A stretch of DNA of 62,462 bases, filler included, from Hausera hauseri (GCA_046269625.1; 12 parts of 12 records of this genome joined end to end with filler, not necessarily neighbours in it); one strand, 5' to 3'. Positions 36,213 to 49,848 are shown, numbered from the whole stretch's first letter. Numbers and translations are program-made. Notes: a model not told the origin generated them from the sequence alone.

Positions 36213-39200
36213 AATTAAAGTACAAGCTATAGAATTTTATCACAGTCCAATTCCCTATTAAGCGAGTCCTGTCAATAATTCGAAACCCAATTTCAAAAAC
36301 TCCATAATTTGCATAATTGCATTGCAATCCAAGACCAAATTTTCATAATCGGAAATTGCAGACAACCTCAAGTTACAAAGTCGCGCAATTCGTTAAGTCA
36401 AACAATAGACTAATTTACATTTACTTTTAATTGCCCAAACCAGCCGATTTCGAACTGCATAAATTACAAGTCGAAACAGGCATAGGCCTGCGAAAAATTC
36501 CCTGAGCCAAAGCAGGATTTTCAGTAATTGGACGTTCATGAAACGCCGAAAATCAAATTACAGCCCGTCAAGTTTGGAAATTCCCACAGCTTACATAAAC
36601 CCAGTATCTACATAACTACATTCGGGTTTATTGAAATTCTAATCATTACAAAAACTCCGGACGATACATATGGACGACATATTTTCCGAATCAACTAATT
36701 TCCATAATCCAAGAAGCAAATTTGGAATTTCACTGAGCGATAAAATCATATTTTAAAATTACCACATTTTGCAGCAGTATATAAACTGCCATCAAATCAA
36801 GATAACAAATTTACTATTGATACAATTATTAGAATACGCGATTTTGAAAGTCACATTTCAACGACTATATAAACATGCAATATTACTCTTACTTGTTAAA
36901 ACGTTAATTACGAAATAAGAATTATGAACCTGTTAATGTAACATGATCCAAAGACTTAACATATACAGTTGTGACTAGTCAATTCCGATAATCACGACGA
37001 AGATAACGATCGAGTAATAAGCGTAATATTCTTTGATAAATTATGACGTATTCTTATTGAAGATACGGTTGACCTGTTCCGAAATCAAAACTTAATTACA
37101 ATTGCCAGTTAAGATCCCAAGGACCAGAAACCGTTTTAGACAGCCGACTATTCTAAGAAAACGGAGACTAAGGCAGAATTCCATTGACGAATTACCAAGA
37201 AATTCGAGACTCGAGACTAAGAATTTTAACCTACTGTTTGGGCTTCTACCACTAAAATCTTTGTCAATCTAAGAATGAACGGATTGAATGGGAATATGAG
37301 AAGTACTCAATGAACATAACAATGTGTAAAAATCTGATGTCCGTTGAATAATAGTAATTGATTTTTTAATAACCAGATTATGATGCTAATGCAGTAGTGT
37401 TGGTAAGTCATTTGTGTATGCCTGATGATCACGACAAACATACAAAGAATCTTAACTGAGGTGGTTCCTGTCGTCTGAGTGGCGTGAGATCGGGGACGGT
37501 TAGACTATCGAAGTGGTCTGCATCCAGATTTAAATTACAATTTCGTTAGAAATCCCTTTGGTTCAAAGACTGAGGAATCCAAAATGTCCTGGTCGACTCA
37601 TATAACATTTGTTTGGCATTACTTTCAAGGGCCGTAACGAGCCATTACATGGACCATACTTCGTAATTCAAGCAATCTAACCAGTTATTCGAAATGATGC
37701 GTCACTTACTATATTTACACAACCTCCTCCGAATTTCTAAGTACTCTTTAGTACCCATTATTTACCAGTTGCTCATGTTCGAACCTCGTTCAGTGTATTA
37801 CAACGCCACTGATCTTAGCGATTTCAAAATTAATCAGTTTCTCAAGCTCAAACCTTACCATTGATCTTTGTGATTTCAAAATTAACTATCCCCTTCAGAA
37901 TGCATTGCTGATCTCGTCTAGGTCAATTATGGTTCTTCTAGGAAGTCGATTTTCAATGAAAATTTTCTTTTCTACTTATTTGCATATTAGTACCCTTTAA
38001 GGTGGTATATGGACTCATAAGCAGCGTACCATTTCGTATAGTATACTCATGTTACTGACATTCCTCTTTCATCTCTTAGTGTTTCCTATAACTCGATAAA
38101 AGCAATAATTCCGAAGGATAAGGTTATCGATCTGGTTCCACGATTCTTGATTAGTGGTATAAATTTTAAGCATGCATTATTTAATAGGTATATTTGGATG
38201 GAAATAAGTCGGTCATCAATAAGTCGTTCATGACATCAAGGAAATTGTATGACCTCTTGGATAGTAAAATAATACACCAATTAAACGGATAGCAGAAATA
38301 TTTTACTTCGTCACCTGTGTTTTAGTCCCACGGAGCGTTTTTATTTTCATGAATGTTATTTTAATTTTGTATTCGTAATTCGTGAATGTAACAAGGCTAT
38401 TGTAAGTATATAGTCGGGCAATAGCATAATTGTAAGGTCTGCAGTTGAAGCACTTCACTATACGATAAGGAAGTGTTTGAAACAGGAGAGTCAGTATATT
38501 CTACTAGGGAGTTCAGCAAAGCCATTCTGACTATTCAACTAAATACGAAAAGTTATTGTCGAATAACACATACCGGCTATTTGACTCCAACTTTACTTGT
38601 CATCGCTACTTCACATTGGTACTCAACTTAGTGTCGTCGTGCAAAATAAAATTCACGATTTTTACAAAACGAACGCATTTACAATGATAATGACGATGGT
38701 GATTTTGACTTTTTAACAATACGTTTCGTTTTTCGGTTTCATTTTTCACCCGGATCGGTTGATCTGATCGTGAGGCTGTTATAATATAAAATTTTCTCCA
38801 ACTTATGGGCAATGTATGAAACCAATTTTCATCAACGGCAGACTTGAACAGGGGGAAATTTTACCCGACGGAAATTTTCCCTACCGGTTTTTCCCATGTT
38901 CGCTTGTTCGGACGACGACGAAACCGTGTCCATTCGACTTGCCAACATCAATTTTATTTCTGTACAAAATTTCGGTATACCAGCAACATGTGTTGCGTTA
39001 CCATTTGCACATTGCCCGTTTTTCTTCTTCAGCCTCCTGCGCCGCCGGGTTACATTTTCCGGCTTCGTGGCGTAGTTAACTTTTGTTAGCCTTGTCCGGC
39101 ACACCGATTGGTCTCGGTTCAAAGTCCATTGCTCGGCCTTCTTCTTTCCCTGGGGAGGGCTCTCCAACCTCGAGACATGAAATGCTCCTAATTGCGAGAT

Positions 39201-40002
39201 AGGTGTGCAAAACTAGGTCCGAGGTCGATCTGAGCACTTTTTGGAAAGTGGAGTGGAGCCCACACTTCTACCTACTCAAGGGTTACCAGATTTCCTACAT
39301 TTTCTACATACTTGTACAAGTCACGCAAAAACATATGGCACTTATTCACTTTTTTACCGTGTGAACAACATGCGTAAAATGTGTGGTATGTTTTTACATT
39401 TTTCAAATTTGTTTGCTACTCCCTATGTTGCAGCTAGTGTTCCGTAACTGTTTCTTCAAACTAAACTATTTTACTTCCTTCTTAGGTTTCTAATTTGTTT
39501 TCGCTTGTGAACAAAAAGCATTTGCATCAAAACAATGACCCACCTGGCAACCGATTATTGACTGAGTATGTTGTAGTTGCATTGAACAGTCACAGCGTAC
39601 TATAGATGAAGTTGTTAAAATGTGGCTAGAAAATGGGACGGAACCCATGAAAACTGTAGAAAATTTTGTGCATGCATGTTAGGATTGGAGATAAAGTAAA
39701 TAAGTACCATGAGTTTGCGTGTGATACTGTACAAGTGCATAGATATGTTACCTTATGTTTTCCTTTATATTATGATTTGAGTTGTGAAAGTAAAAGTGGG
39801 CTTTTAGTTATGTTATTTATGTTTTAAACTTGAAAATTGCAATTAATATCTAATCTACAAATATAATCATTCTGAAACATATAGAGACGTCTTAAAAGTT
39901 ATCTCCGAATTTAATTTATTTACGATTATTTTAACGAGACTTCAATTATGGTTCACTACTCGTATGTTCAATACTTGTAACATTAATTTTCTATTTTTTC
40001 AG

Positions 40003-40203
40003 AAAGCCCGAAAAGCTCGAATAATCCTTGCCAAACAATTCAATAGTATCAATTTTATTCAAAACAAAATCGAAGCCGAAAAACGCCGTGATGTTTCGCT
40101 TCACAAACATGACTCAGATAATCCAAATTCCGATACACAGCTTCAAGAAAGTCTTCTCCAAATTCAGCACCATCACTTATTATCATGTCTGGAAAAAGTC
40201 ACT
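40003..40203 (+). CDS. Shal: Internal exon of a Shal/Kv4 voltage-gated K+ channel (cytoplasmic C-terminus)
   Basis: TTTTTTCAG|KARKARIILAK...LLQIQHHHLLSCLEKVT|GTAATT; Kv4 has KARLARIRVAK...QHHHLLHCLEKTT. 201 bp, phase 0-0. Confidence 0.88.
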
Positions 40204-40226
40204 GTAATTATTATTGATTTATATTT

Positions 40227-40326
40227 NNNNNNNNNNNNNNNNNNNNNNNNNNNNNNNNNNNNNNNNNNNNTTAATTAATTAANNNNNNNNNNNNNNNNNN
40301 NNNNNNNNNNNNNNNNNNNNNNNNNN
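40227..40326. other. Artificial contig spacer
   Basis: Same linker. Confidence 0.99.
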
Positions 40327-40339
40327 GGGGGGGGGTTGG

Positions 40340-43300
40340 CTCAGTGCACTCACTTCCCCCTACTACAGGAGATTAAAAACGTACGGCGAGAGGAAATTTG
40401 AAGAATAAAGCACTCCAAGTGGGTCAGAGGAAACGTCCAGAGAACTCGTAAAAAGTGGAAAGACGAACTAAACTCATGGATAAAGCGAAGTAAGAACGTC
40501 CCAAGAGCTATTAAAAACATTAGAAGTAGACCCAAAGTTAAAACGAGTGAAACTTAATTTAGAAAGATTGATTAGTGAAACTGAACATGCGATGGTAATT
40601 CACCCGACACAAAAACTGGTGAATGAAGGAAATACATCGAATTCTAAATATTGGGTATAAACCCAATAGACATTCCTCCTCTGATGGAAATATGCAAAAT
40701 CGCGTTTACCACGCCTAAGAAATATGCAAACATAGAAACTAGCATCGAATCTGAAAACAAGAAACGCTCCGAAATGTATAAGTTGAAGAATAAACTAATG
40801 AAGATGCACAATGAAGAAATGCAGAACGTGATAAAATCGTGTACTCTAGAATTGGACGAATATATGAATAAATTTAATTACGCTAAGTAAATCATGGAGT
40901 TTATAAAAGATCCAGATGACAAATTAAAAGACGTCAATGAGATGTTAGATAACGAGACATATGCTAAACTGATCGTAGCAAATCAACTAAAAGAATGGTC
41001 CGAGTTATTGTCAAGATTAGCCTGATTAATAGACTATTGCCTTAAAGAGCTTTCGGTGAGTGAACCAATATTAAAGCAGCAGTTAAAAGAGATATTACGA
41101 AATATAGATATGATGAAAGCAGAAATATACATTAGGATTCAGTTCGACGCGCTACGGCAACTGAACTTTATGAGTAAAAATCAGGAAGTGACAACATTGA
41201 AAAAGATATACAAGATGATTGAAGAAATAGAATTTATAGTAAAACGAGATATTACTGGTAATTTATACCCGAAACTAAGAAACATTCGTTTAGAAGGAAT
41301 CCGACATTTGACAACTAAACCTATTGATGAAATTTCAATACAACTTCTCGGAACATTAGATATTTTCTCAGATCAGAAAACTGCGTAGACGAAGTGTTGA
41401 AAATTTTGCACAAACCACAAGAATGAATGATAGGATTATATCAGAATTGTCAAGCCGAACTGATAAAAATACGAAATGACCATCAACTCAGTTTTGAAGA
41501 ATTTAAATTCGTAAAGAAATTGATGGAAAAAATAGATCCCGATTCAAAAATCTCAAAGGAAATATACGAACTTACACTATTATTGATGGAAAAGGCAGAG
41601 ATCAATGATGACAAGATGAGACATTTGACAACTTCAAATACGACATGTCGAATAGACGTGATTAAAACAAAACAAATAACAACAGGGTTAGACAAATTTG
41701 CCAAAAAATTTGAAATCTACAGAAAGAGGTCCGCTTTTACCGAGTCAGAAATAAACAAAAAGTCAAAATTCATACAAAGATGGCAGAGACGTAACCTCCG
41801 AATGAACTGATTATCAACAAAAGGGGTTTATCCAAGCCGAAAAAACTAGGCCCATTACTGAAAATAATTCAGCATGCTTGTGGAAACGGAGTGGAATTCC
41901 GAACCACATAAATGAAAGAAATACGACCAAGGTTAAAAGAAATACGAGAAATCGTTCAAAATACAAATACGGCACTTTTAGACTACGGACTTCCAGAGGT
42001 CGTAAACGGACAAGATTGGGATGCGTACTTGGATGATGTATATCATCAAGGTCCAAGGACCCCAATACAACTTAGAGAGACCGACGTATGTCCACCGGAT
42101 CGAAGATTCTACGTGGAAATTCCTCTGACTGAAAATCATTTTATCGAACAAAGTTATGTAAATAAGACTAAGAATAAGTTAAGACAACTAATTTCTACAT
42201 TGACTAAACTCTCAAGTGAAAATGCAATTTATTGTGCAGTGCGAATACTTTTAATAAGGAAATACGCTAAATCTTAAGGGGTAAACCCGAAGAGACGTTT
42301 AAAGTAAAAGTATCGTCTGAATGGATGGATGAAAAAGAAATCGAATGTTCTACATCGACATCAGTTGGAGATATAAAACAGTGGCTGGTGTAAAACGTTG
42401 GTAGAAGCAAAGTAAATTATCGATAGTATTTTAGAGGAAGAATACTGGATGAACTAGAGTTATTAATAAAGGTTGGGATTATTTCCGAAGAAACAAACCG
42501 AATAGTGGCCATTATCACCAATGAACAGACTAAAGATGAGGCTGAAAGAAAAGCCAAGACTGAGCATTGTGTAGGACGAATCATGTGAATTCAAGACGCT
42601 GCGATGTACTTCGAATACTTGCAGACGGACGAAGATAAATAACAATATGATAAAAATCTAGTGCCATCAAGAGGAATAATGCCACCTGCTAGGAAGCAGA
42701 AACGGTTGGTCGGAAGTCCAAGGAAAATGCGTGACAAGGTCGACTGCAATACGGCATAGCAATTACGGTATTTGACTGAGACAAATTCAAACTGTGTCAA
42801 AAATATTCATTAATGGATTTAGAGATGTTAGAAGATGCTAGACCCATAAACTAGAGACCATTGAAAAAAGTACATATTGTTTCAACAACGTGAATTAATC
42901 GCATTAGACGGAATGGAATGTATGTTGCGAAGATCAAGAAGTATTTTCCACTGCGGACAAATGCACGAGCACTCCTCCGTAATTAGGCCGTAATATAAAC
43001 AACAATGCAAACAAGCTCAAGAAACGGGTAAATTGAGATGGGGTGGTATGAAATTGGAAGCGCAATAAGAAAAAATAATTCGAGCATACAGGCCAGCAGT
43101 TGGAAAGCTAGATATGCATACTGAATACTGTAGCGTAGCAGAATACGATACTAGAAGAGGAAAAGAAGGCGGTGTAAGAATAGTCAATTTCTATGAAATT
43201 AAAATGCAAACTCAAAAAGTAATGTTTCATAGTGTTACTAAGGCATACACGGAAAATCATATATGTACTATCCAAAACTGTGCTTGTGCCTTTCTAAGTT

Positions 43301-43500
43301 CAGTGATAATTTGGGATCCACCCTCTAGAAACGATTGTCACTTCATTAAAATTAAAAAAATGAAATTTAACGAAACAACCAGAAAAAATACGTGAACACA
43401 ATAGATACTAACAGCAGATCAAGAAAAGACGTGGCTGAACGTTCCATGACTAGGATATTAATCTCGGAAGCTCACGGCCTGAAATTTCTTAAGAAGCAAA
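40340..43500 (+). pseudogene. env: Decayed relative of the 1203-4567 polyprotein: long helical region + UBL + AT-hook remnant + class III glycoprotein
   Basis: UBL 42298-42516 (YFRGRILDELELLIKVGI); KRLVGSPRK 42700-42726; ITVFD*..YSLMDLE from 42762; EC..FHCG, YC and KFNET align with the contig-1 protein. Confidence 0.8.
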
Positions 43501-43529
43501 TGCTTACAATCGATTGGAGCTAAAAAATG

Positions 43530-43980
43530 AAACATGCTTTATTAAAATATCTTCAATATCCTGAGATTTAACCTTCATAACGAGTGATTCTACCAGTTTT
43601 TTCTCATCATTATTGGTCTCTGCTGACATGTTATATAACCTTCCCTTATTTTCTTGAGTTTCAATTTCTGCTACCTTTTTCAATTGATCCTAATCCCATT
43701 CCAGTATAAATCCCTTTTGTTACTCCTTCATCCATTCGAATTCCAACCCATAATCATCCCTCGCTAACTGTTACTAGTCCACCACTTACTAAAGGATAAC
43801 GTTTTCCCACATTATCCTTATCTCCAATAAATAAAAACAAATCGTTAAGATCATCTTGAGGTAACTTGTTGTCATCCATCGTCAATCCTCTGAAAATATT
43901 CTCAGTTGTCCTGTAACCGCATATCCTCCGACAGTATAAATGTGAAAGACAACAAAGATCCTCGAATCTTACCTTCATAA
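43530..43980 (-). pseudogene. Possible gypsy pol protease-RT spacer fragment
   Basis: PLVSGGLVTVSEG..GMGLGSIEKV..IEDILIKH pattern. Confidence 0.35.
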
Positions 43981-45001
43981 AGATCTACATTGCGGCGCAC
44001 TATTGCAGATGGCATTGGTTTAAAGATGATGGGGATACTATTCGTGACACAAACGGAGCTTCTATACCATTTATACAGGCTGCATTCTTACCCGGTTTGA
44101 CCGAAATTTGGTAATGCTTCATGCTGCTGCTTCCTATAAATACATGGAGCAAATATTACCCAGGACACTAAATGCATGAGTTGTTTTAGTTTGTTATATA
44201 AATACGTCCAATTTAACTTTTCTTACTACCTTTTCTTTGCTTCCGTTTGCACATCTAATTACAGCATTCGAAGGGTTAATTCTTCTCAATTTCGTCAGAA
44301 TTGCATTTCTGATAACATTAAGACCGGCGCCTGTGTCGAACATTGCCTTGATTTTACGATTATCTAATTGGCAAGCAACAATCGGTTTTTTTCCTAGCCG
44401 TTTCTTTCTTTGACGATAAAATCAAAATTGGTTCGCGAGGTTCCACTGAAAACGGATAGTTTTAGAACTAATTGAATAGCATGTTTACATAAATACAGTA
44501 AAAACTCTTTTATTGGGACAGCAACAACCGTCAGCAAAGGGATACAGAAAATATTCGACTACGGGGAACGCCACAAATTATAATTTACGTCAAATTTGAT
44601 GAATACTTAAATAAAAAAGGAACTGATTAAGTTGAACGATCGAGATGAATCAAATAGATACAAAACTGTTACGACAATCGCAAATTGACAAGGTAAACTT
44701 ATTTTTGGAAATACTGCAAATTCTGGGAAATTTTTGCTAATTTTGAGAATCTCGCAAATTATAGAAATTTTTAATAATCGCGTTAGTTATCAAATGTCCA
44801 ATATCAACATATTTAGAATTGACTGGTCCAAGTTGGGAAAAATGTCTGGAATTTTATAGACAGCGGAAGTTGAGTAAAATGTAGAAATAGAGAAATCACC
44901 AATACGATCGCTAATGCCGCAAAAAAGAAAATGCCTAATAAAAAAAGTCCGACAAAACCTCGAATCTTAAAGCAACAAACAATTCTTTTTCTTTCATGGG
45001 G

Positions 45002-46002
45002 TTAATGTAGGCCAATGCGCATCACAGTTCGTACTTGTTTTACTGCATTACCGTTAATGAAATCTACATAATGATTTTCCAAATCTTTCTTCTTAAGCCA
45101 ATTTCTAGTCTTGTTGGATTGTGTTTCTCGTTTATTTTTGCCTTTCACATCAATCCAACAGTCTTTCTCCAAAGTACAGAGATGGTTGGTTTGATCATCC
45201 GTGAGGTATGTGTCAGATTCTGATGTTGCGTCCATTACTTTGTACTGTAAAGGTTCATCCATCAATTCGTTAAAATACCCAAGATTTGATTTCTCAAGAC
45301 AGAAATTTTAAAAAGTGTCACTACCATATTTGAAACATTTTTATTCTTACAATTCCTATCAATTTGATCAATTTTACTGCACGTAAAGCATTTAATATTT
45401 TTTGAATACTTATTAAAATAATCCTTATTAAAAGAAGGAGAATTACTTTTCACCTTCGACTTCAGGATTTCTATTTCCTTTTTTCAAAGCATCTATTTCA
45501 GTGCTGTTGTCTTTGCTGAATTTGAGAACAAGCCTTTCATTGTCCTGGATTATTTCTTCCGATGTGTCTTTCACTAGCTTGACTGTTTCAATCAGTTGTT
45601 TCGGTTTTAGACATTTGAGTGCTTTAGATATTGTTTTGAACGCTTTAATCATCAAATCTTCCTTATTTTCCACGATGGGCATGGCAGCAATGCGTATTTG
45701 GTTTCCGAAATCCACTGGATTTTCGGTCAGTCGTTGATACAAATTCAGAACATCTGACGAGGCCTTTTTTCTTAAGGGGATAGTAATAATTTCCCATCAT
45801 CCGCAATTGAAATCGATTCGCCCGTATATTCTTTGTTAATCTTTGCATGGATTAGTGGATTCGTGACAAAGTCACTTTGAAACATTTTCAATTCCGCATC
45901 CACTGGTAATTCCACCTCCTTGAATAATCTGATAAAATTTTGAAACTTCCCGAACAAAAAAGTGATATCGGTATCCCTTTTTTTAAATATTTGTTTCCGC
46001 CA
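45002..46002 (-). pseudogene. gag: Decayed gag of another LTR element
   Basis: QRLTENPVDFGNQI; degenerate knuckle KCFTCSKIDQIDRNC; lies directly downstream of a PBS. Confidence 0.7.
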
Positions 46003-46031
46003 TTCGTATTGTTGGAAGATGAACTCTTGTT

Positions 46032-46045
46032 CTGTCGTGACGCCA
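46032..46045 (-). promoter_or_regulatory. Primer binding site, tRNA-Ser(CGA)-like
   Basis: Minus strand reads TTTAACA|TGGCGTCACGACAG. Confidence 0.7.
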
Positions 46046-46221
46046 TGTTAAATAAGATTAAACAATCAAAATAAGATAAAATACCTTAACAACAACAACA
46101 CGTAGAATAGATAAAAAATTATAATTTCATTTTATCTAACATTGACTAAAATTAGAAACAGTTAAAATTGAATAAAAAGGGACCTAAATATGGTCGGGTT
46201 CAAACATTAAAACTAATTACA
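46046..46221 (-). repeat. Putative 5' LTR (about 176 bp)
   Basis: Minus strand TGTAATT...TTTAACA, abutting the PBS. Confidence 0.5.
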
Positions 46222-46227
46222 ATCTAG

Positions 46228-46398
46228 ATAGTACCATTTTAAAGTTTTGGAGAACGGAGAAACAGTTAATTCGGAACTCTATACACAGTTCCTTGAAAAA
46301 ATTATCACAAAATTCAGTTCTTATAATCTGATGCAAAAAAAGGACAATGTCTCATGACAGAATTGCTTGCTTCTTTACAATAACGCACCACCACATGT
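46228..46398 (+). pseudogene. Mariner-like transposase fragment
   Basis: FKVLENGETVNSELYTQFLEK..LLLYNNAPPH resembles G.TVN.E.Y..FL..LHDNAPPH. Confidence 0.75.
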
Positions 46399-46498
46399 NN
46401 NNNNNNNNNNNNNNNNNNNNNNNNNNNNNNNNNNNNNNNNNNTTAATTAATTAANNNNNNNNNNNNNNNNNNNNNNNNNNNNNNNNNNNNNNNNNNNN
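46399..46498. other. Artificial contig spacer
   Basis: Same linker. Confidence 0.99.
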
Positions 46499-46744
46499 AA
46501 CTCGATGTGCTCTATCGATTAGCACTTTATCCCGATCGATTCGATCAATACTGCACTGTGCAGCGATCGATTTGTCAAATGTGCAAAAATGCCCTTAGCA
46601 ACGGTGCGTAACGGTACCGTTGCCTAGCACTTTATGGATCGATAGTGCTCCGGGTGCACTATTGATCGGCACATGTGCAAAATCGATTTATCGATTAACC
46701 CCCCCCCCCGGGGTCTGTGCCAGAATGCCCATTTTCTCCCTACT
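46499..46744 (+). repeat. Polinton terminal inverted repeat end (..CTACT)
   Basis: Homologous to 61660-61903; ends ccctact at 46744 and is followed directly by polB coding sequence. Confidence 0.75.
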
Positions 46745-49700
46745 CGTGCCAAAGACCAAGTTGTTGTAAAGTTTGAACTGGTCCTTCTCAAAGTCGTTTT
46801 TGGCATTTGTCCGCAGCTTGGTATTGAGATCTATGTAGGGGTGCAGCCACATGGACTGACTGAACTGGATGATTCTATGGATCTTGGTAATACGAAGTCC
46901 ATGTATAACTGCCTGCTGGAGATTGATGTAGTGGACTACATACCTCTCCTTATTACCCAGATTACAGAGCAGCTTCTTATGCTTTCTGTGGTGCGGAGGC
47001 TTACTGTCAGAGAGGAAAGGCAACTTTTGATGCCTTGAATGGATGGAAGCCGGATATTCCATATCCACCTCCAGTATGTAGCCCGTATCTCCAGTGAGAT
47101 CCAGGTCCAATATAGGGATGTCTTCAGGATTCTCCACCCATTTGAAGTTACAATACGGCAATGGGGTGCTCATTGCATATCCATATAAGTTGTTGGCATC
47201 TAGGTATGATATATATGAGGATTCCTTGGATGGATCATACTGGGTCATATACTTGTTTTTGGCCTTGCTATACCGATGAATGGCCTGGCATATTCCGCCT
47301 CTAAGGCCTCTCTCGATCATAAGGATCATATCATAATCCTTAATGATCTGCAGCCTTATGCCGATATCTCTCAGCATTGCTGCCCAGTTTATCCCTGGAG
47401 ACTTAAATAATTGAGCAGGATCCAAAGCATGGCTCTTCATTGTAACATCCCTGAAACTCTCAAAGACATGTGTCAGCAGCAGCACGTCCGTCTTGAGTAT
47501 ATGTCGCTGTATTCCCCTAAATTTCGGCATTTGAATGCCTGCCAGACGTTCTGAGCATGTTGGTAGTCCGCATCACTGATATAGCAATCAGAGAAAATTT
47601 TGTAAAAGTCCTTTTTGTCCGGCAATGTGCTCTCGTCCAGTGTTTCCTATGAGGTTATGTAGTCATAAGGAAACACGCCTTTCCTCTTGACTAGGTCAAA
47701 TGCAATTGGGACGAATCACTTTGTCTCCTTGAGTTCTTCTGCAGGGAGGTTCTTCACTAAACTATCCAGTGAAGATGACATGAAACGAAAGCTATCTATG
47801 AAACGAAGTCGGATTTTACCAACATGTTTAGTGAAAGTGATATACTTCTCCTCACTGTTGGGGATCACATCAATGTTTCCTTCATTGCTGCCCAGTTCCC
47901 GAACAATGAAATGGGTATCATAGCCACTGAGTTTGTTGAACACCACAGGCACATATCTGCATATTTTGCAGCGTAGATAGCAGTTGTTGCATGCTGCGTC
48001 CCGATGTGCATCTGTAAAATGGCAATGATTCTTGACTTTATAATTTTACTTTATTATGTTTATGCTGCTGAAGCTTATCACCAATCCTATGAGCCATATC
48101 TTTTAATCTCTTCATGAAATGTGCTGCTGCACCTGGACCTCTGAATAGAAATGGTTCACTCTTTAATTCTTTGGCATGCTTCCAATATGATGAAGTTTCT
48201 TGATCTTGGTATGCCGTTGTGTTGCTATGTTGAGGATTGGGAGTGCAGCTGTGAATTGGCCGGAGAATAGCTTCAAAATCGCAATAGATAAATATTGGGA
48301 CCTTGATCTTCTTCTCGAACTCCTTGAATTCAATATAGTCCTTCTTGGGAAATTCTGGTCTTACATAGTAATTGTTGTTGCTGTACATTTTGTGCTCTGC
48401 AAGCTTGTCTACTGCTGTATTACCACTGAAATTGGAAAAGCATCACTGACATATTTCTATTTGTCCATGATGATTCGTAATTTGGGATCTGACTAGACGC
48501 TCAAAATTCTTCATGCAAACATAATTTTTATTCTCCATCGTCTAGTAGGAGCAGATCCCTATGATCTTCCAATTCAACTTCGCATATCCGCAGGGGAAAA
48601 AATTTGTCCTCCTGAAACAATCCAATGATGTTGATGGATATACTGTTGATTTGGCTGAACTTCTTAATTTCCTCTAAGGGTGGAGGGAATGTGATACATT
48701 GGAAGTCCTATTTGTGCTTCAGATCATTATATAGCCAAACTCGATTTGCTGCATGTTTTTGATCCGGTACGAGTTTTGATAGAATGGCATACATGAAACA
48801 CGTTATCATTATTATGGACATTGATGCATGCTTTTTTGTTAACAATACATTCCGGAAGCTGAATATAAGAACTACCCCGCATTGGAGAGTACTTGTGAAC
48901 ATACAGAAGCAATCTCTTGATGGTTGCCAAAGTCCACCCGCTCTTCATGTATCTATTCTGCTATATTGGTGGCTTCAAAAATGGGTCGATTTCTGGTCTT
49001 GAAGGCCCTTTTGGACTCTTCGTCATCAACATTGACGTATGCGGCCTCAAGTATCATATTAGCCGTAATGGCCTTAAGCTCAGCAATGTTATCCCGCAGA
49101 ATCCCCTGTTTTTTCTTTTGTGTACTGCAGGAACTCCTTGATGGTTGTTTGACCAGTTGCATCAATGACATATTTGCGGCATTTCCTCTTTAATGCTGTA
49201 GCATCAGCTAGCCGCTCTCTTAGACTCTTTTATGGAGCCGGTACGTCTGATGCGTCCGATGTCCGTTTTAGTCCTGCATTTGGCTGTACTGCAGGCTATG
49301 ATACTGCAGGCTGTGGAACTGCAACTGGCTGTGTTGTCACAGCAGGCTGTGCTGCTAAAGCAGTATGCTGCTTATTAAATATGACGTTCTTTGGCTTTGA
49401 ATTGAAGTCAGCCAAATGATGTTTGTGATCATCATAAAACTCTGTATTCTCCATCACATACAGCTTCTCATTCTGGGCAAATATAATAGAGGATTCTGTT
49501 GAATTTATGTCCATATTAGTTCCGCATGGCATTGTGACAATTCTGAGGGTTGCGTATTACACATGTGCAATACACATATGAACTGCACCCTCGATTTTCC
49601 TTCTGCACGAAAGTCGTTATTGGCATATTGGTATTGAATATTTGTTTTTTCGACTTGGTGAAGGAAATCAAGTGCTTTTTATGGACATTGTAGAAGTCTT

Positions 49701-49848
49701 CGTAATTGATATGACACACAACCTCAAATGTAAGGCATATATAATACAGAACCGTGTTGTACATATGATCAAAGTATTTCATCATAATACTATGGCAATT
49801 TTCCGGCTCGTGGAATTGAGCCAAGTATTCACTATAAAGTTTGAACAT
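46745..49848 (-). pseudogene. polB: Polinton pPolB polyprotein (family A), decayed, cut at the KxxxNxxFG motif
   Basis: KSGWTL; KKACINVHNND; IYCDFEAIL; LSGYDTHFI; RFIDSFRFMSSSLDSL; RGGIC; YLDANNLYGYAMS; FKLYNNLVFG. Confidence 0.92.

Noticed and set aside
38606-39167. Overlapping ORFs on contig 8
   Set aside because: No motif support in any frame; left unannotated
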